Positions 28,758-29,317 of a DNA stretch of 29,317 nt are shown one piece after another. Position numbers and translations under genes: made by a program. Below the pieces are notes generated by a model that had not been told where the DNA came from, ran no database searches, and saw only the letters and a list, made by a program, of their open reading frames with translations. The DNA is from a virus (taxonomy: Duplodnaviria > Caudoviricetes): IMG/VR virus record IMGVR_UViG_3300020045_018882, positions 1 to 29,317 of that record; one strand, 5' to 3'. How positions within the stretch are numbered: position 1 is the first letter of the stretch; every line of letters starts with the position of its first letter.

Positions 28758-29161
28758 ATTTTAGAAGTTTAGTTTTAGAAAGTTTGTATAATTGGGGAAA
28801 GATTTCTCATACTGAAGAACAAGCTCCTCCCAACACTCTTTTAAATTTACATATGTGGTATGATAAACAAGGGTATAAATTACCTGATAAACCTCTAAAA
28901 TATGGAACTTTAAAGGTTCAAGATCGCCTCATACACAAAGGCTTTTTTGAACAAGTTGAACCAGAAGATCTCACGGAGAAACAACGCAATCTTTTAAACG
29001 AGCATCTAACATATTACTATGATAAAAATACAAAACCTCACAGTCTTTATAAAGTATACGGTGTGATGGATAAAGGTGAAGAGTATTATAGTCCAACAAA
29101 ACTACATTATAATGTTCTAGCTAGTTATGGTGATATACATAGGAGCATCCCACTATTATGA
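28754..29161 (+). CDS. Putative internal head protein, paralogue family B (leader MNFRSLVLE)
   Basis: LL.LH......G..LPDKPL..G and H.GFFEQVEPEDL. Confidence 0.65.
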   Translation: MNFRSLVLESLYNWGKISHTEEQAPPNTLLNLHMWYDKQGYKLPDKPLKYGTLKVQDRLIHKGFFEQVEPEDLTEKQRNLLNEHLTYYYDKNTKPHSLYKVYGVMDKGEEYYSPTKLHYNVLASYGDIHRSIPLL

Positions 29162-29317
29162 ATTTTAAAAGTTTAGTTTTAGAAAGTCTTGAAAGAAGAT
29201 TACTTCTTGAATATGACCATGATAAAGAATGGGAGAAGCATGGGCCTGCTATTTTAAATGCTGTTAAAGAAGATTACCTTGATGCAGGTTTAACTGATCT
29301 TGTCAAATCTTATGACT
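29158..29317 (+). CDS. N-terminal part of the gene whose body is 27446-28660 (leader MNFKSLVLE)
   Basis: MNFKSLVLESLERRLLLEYDHDKEWEKHGPAILNAVKEDYLDAGLTDLVKSYD; the last 10 residues are identical and in frame with the start of the minus-strand body; AGGAG SD. Confidence 0.75.
   Translation, partial: MNFKSLVLESLERRLLLEYDHDKEWEKHGPAILNAVKEDYLDAGLTDLVKSYD

Larger units (their letters stand above)
28627..29317. repeat. 33-bp perfect inverted repeat (28627-28659 and 29285-29317)
   Basis: AGTCATAAGATTTGACAAGATCAGTTAAACCTG and its reverse complement, which reaches the window end. Confidence 0.95.

Noticed and set aside
1-29317. CRISPR arrays, tRNAs, introns, IS elements, stop-codon recoding
   Set aside because: I saw no regularly spaced repeats, no intergenic gap with cloverleaf features and no transposase or homing-endonuclease motifs. 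Core genes are intact under the standard code and end in all three stop codons.

Overview
AT-rich segment of a T4-like myophage genome. On the minus strand runs a virion module: gp6, gp7-like and gp8 baseplate wedge genes, a 2086-aa DUF4815/VrlC-like structural protein, two fibre/spike proteins, the gp13 and gp14 neck genes, and the 5' half of gp15 at the left edge. Ten accessory genes are inserted among these. Their bodies are mostly unrelated, but all start with a ~10-residue leader resembling the T4 capsid-targeting sequence (MKTFKEFLIE, MKNLKQIILE, MNFKSLVLE). Three of the clusters start just downstream of (C/A)ATAAATA late promoters. This suggests a large set of head-packaged, injected proteins, including an ADP-ribosyltransferase-like enzyme, a glycine-zipper protein, helical-repeat proteins and two paralogue families. 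A plus-strand island (Lar-like, AlkB-like and small ORFs) under sigma70-like promoters separates gp14 from gp15. The last ~625 bp are inverted between 33-bp perfect inverted repeats, splitting one leader-bearing gene and a gp25-like gene; this is either an assembly/amplification chimera or a real inversion. All family calls come from motif recognition by eye, with no database search.
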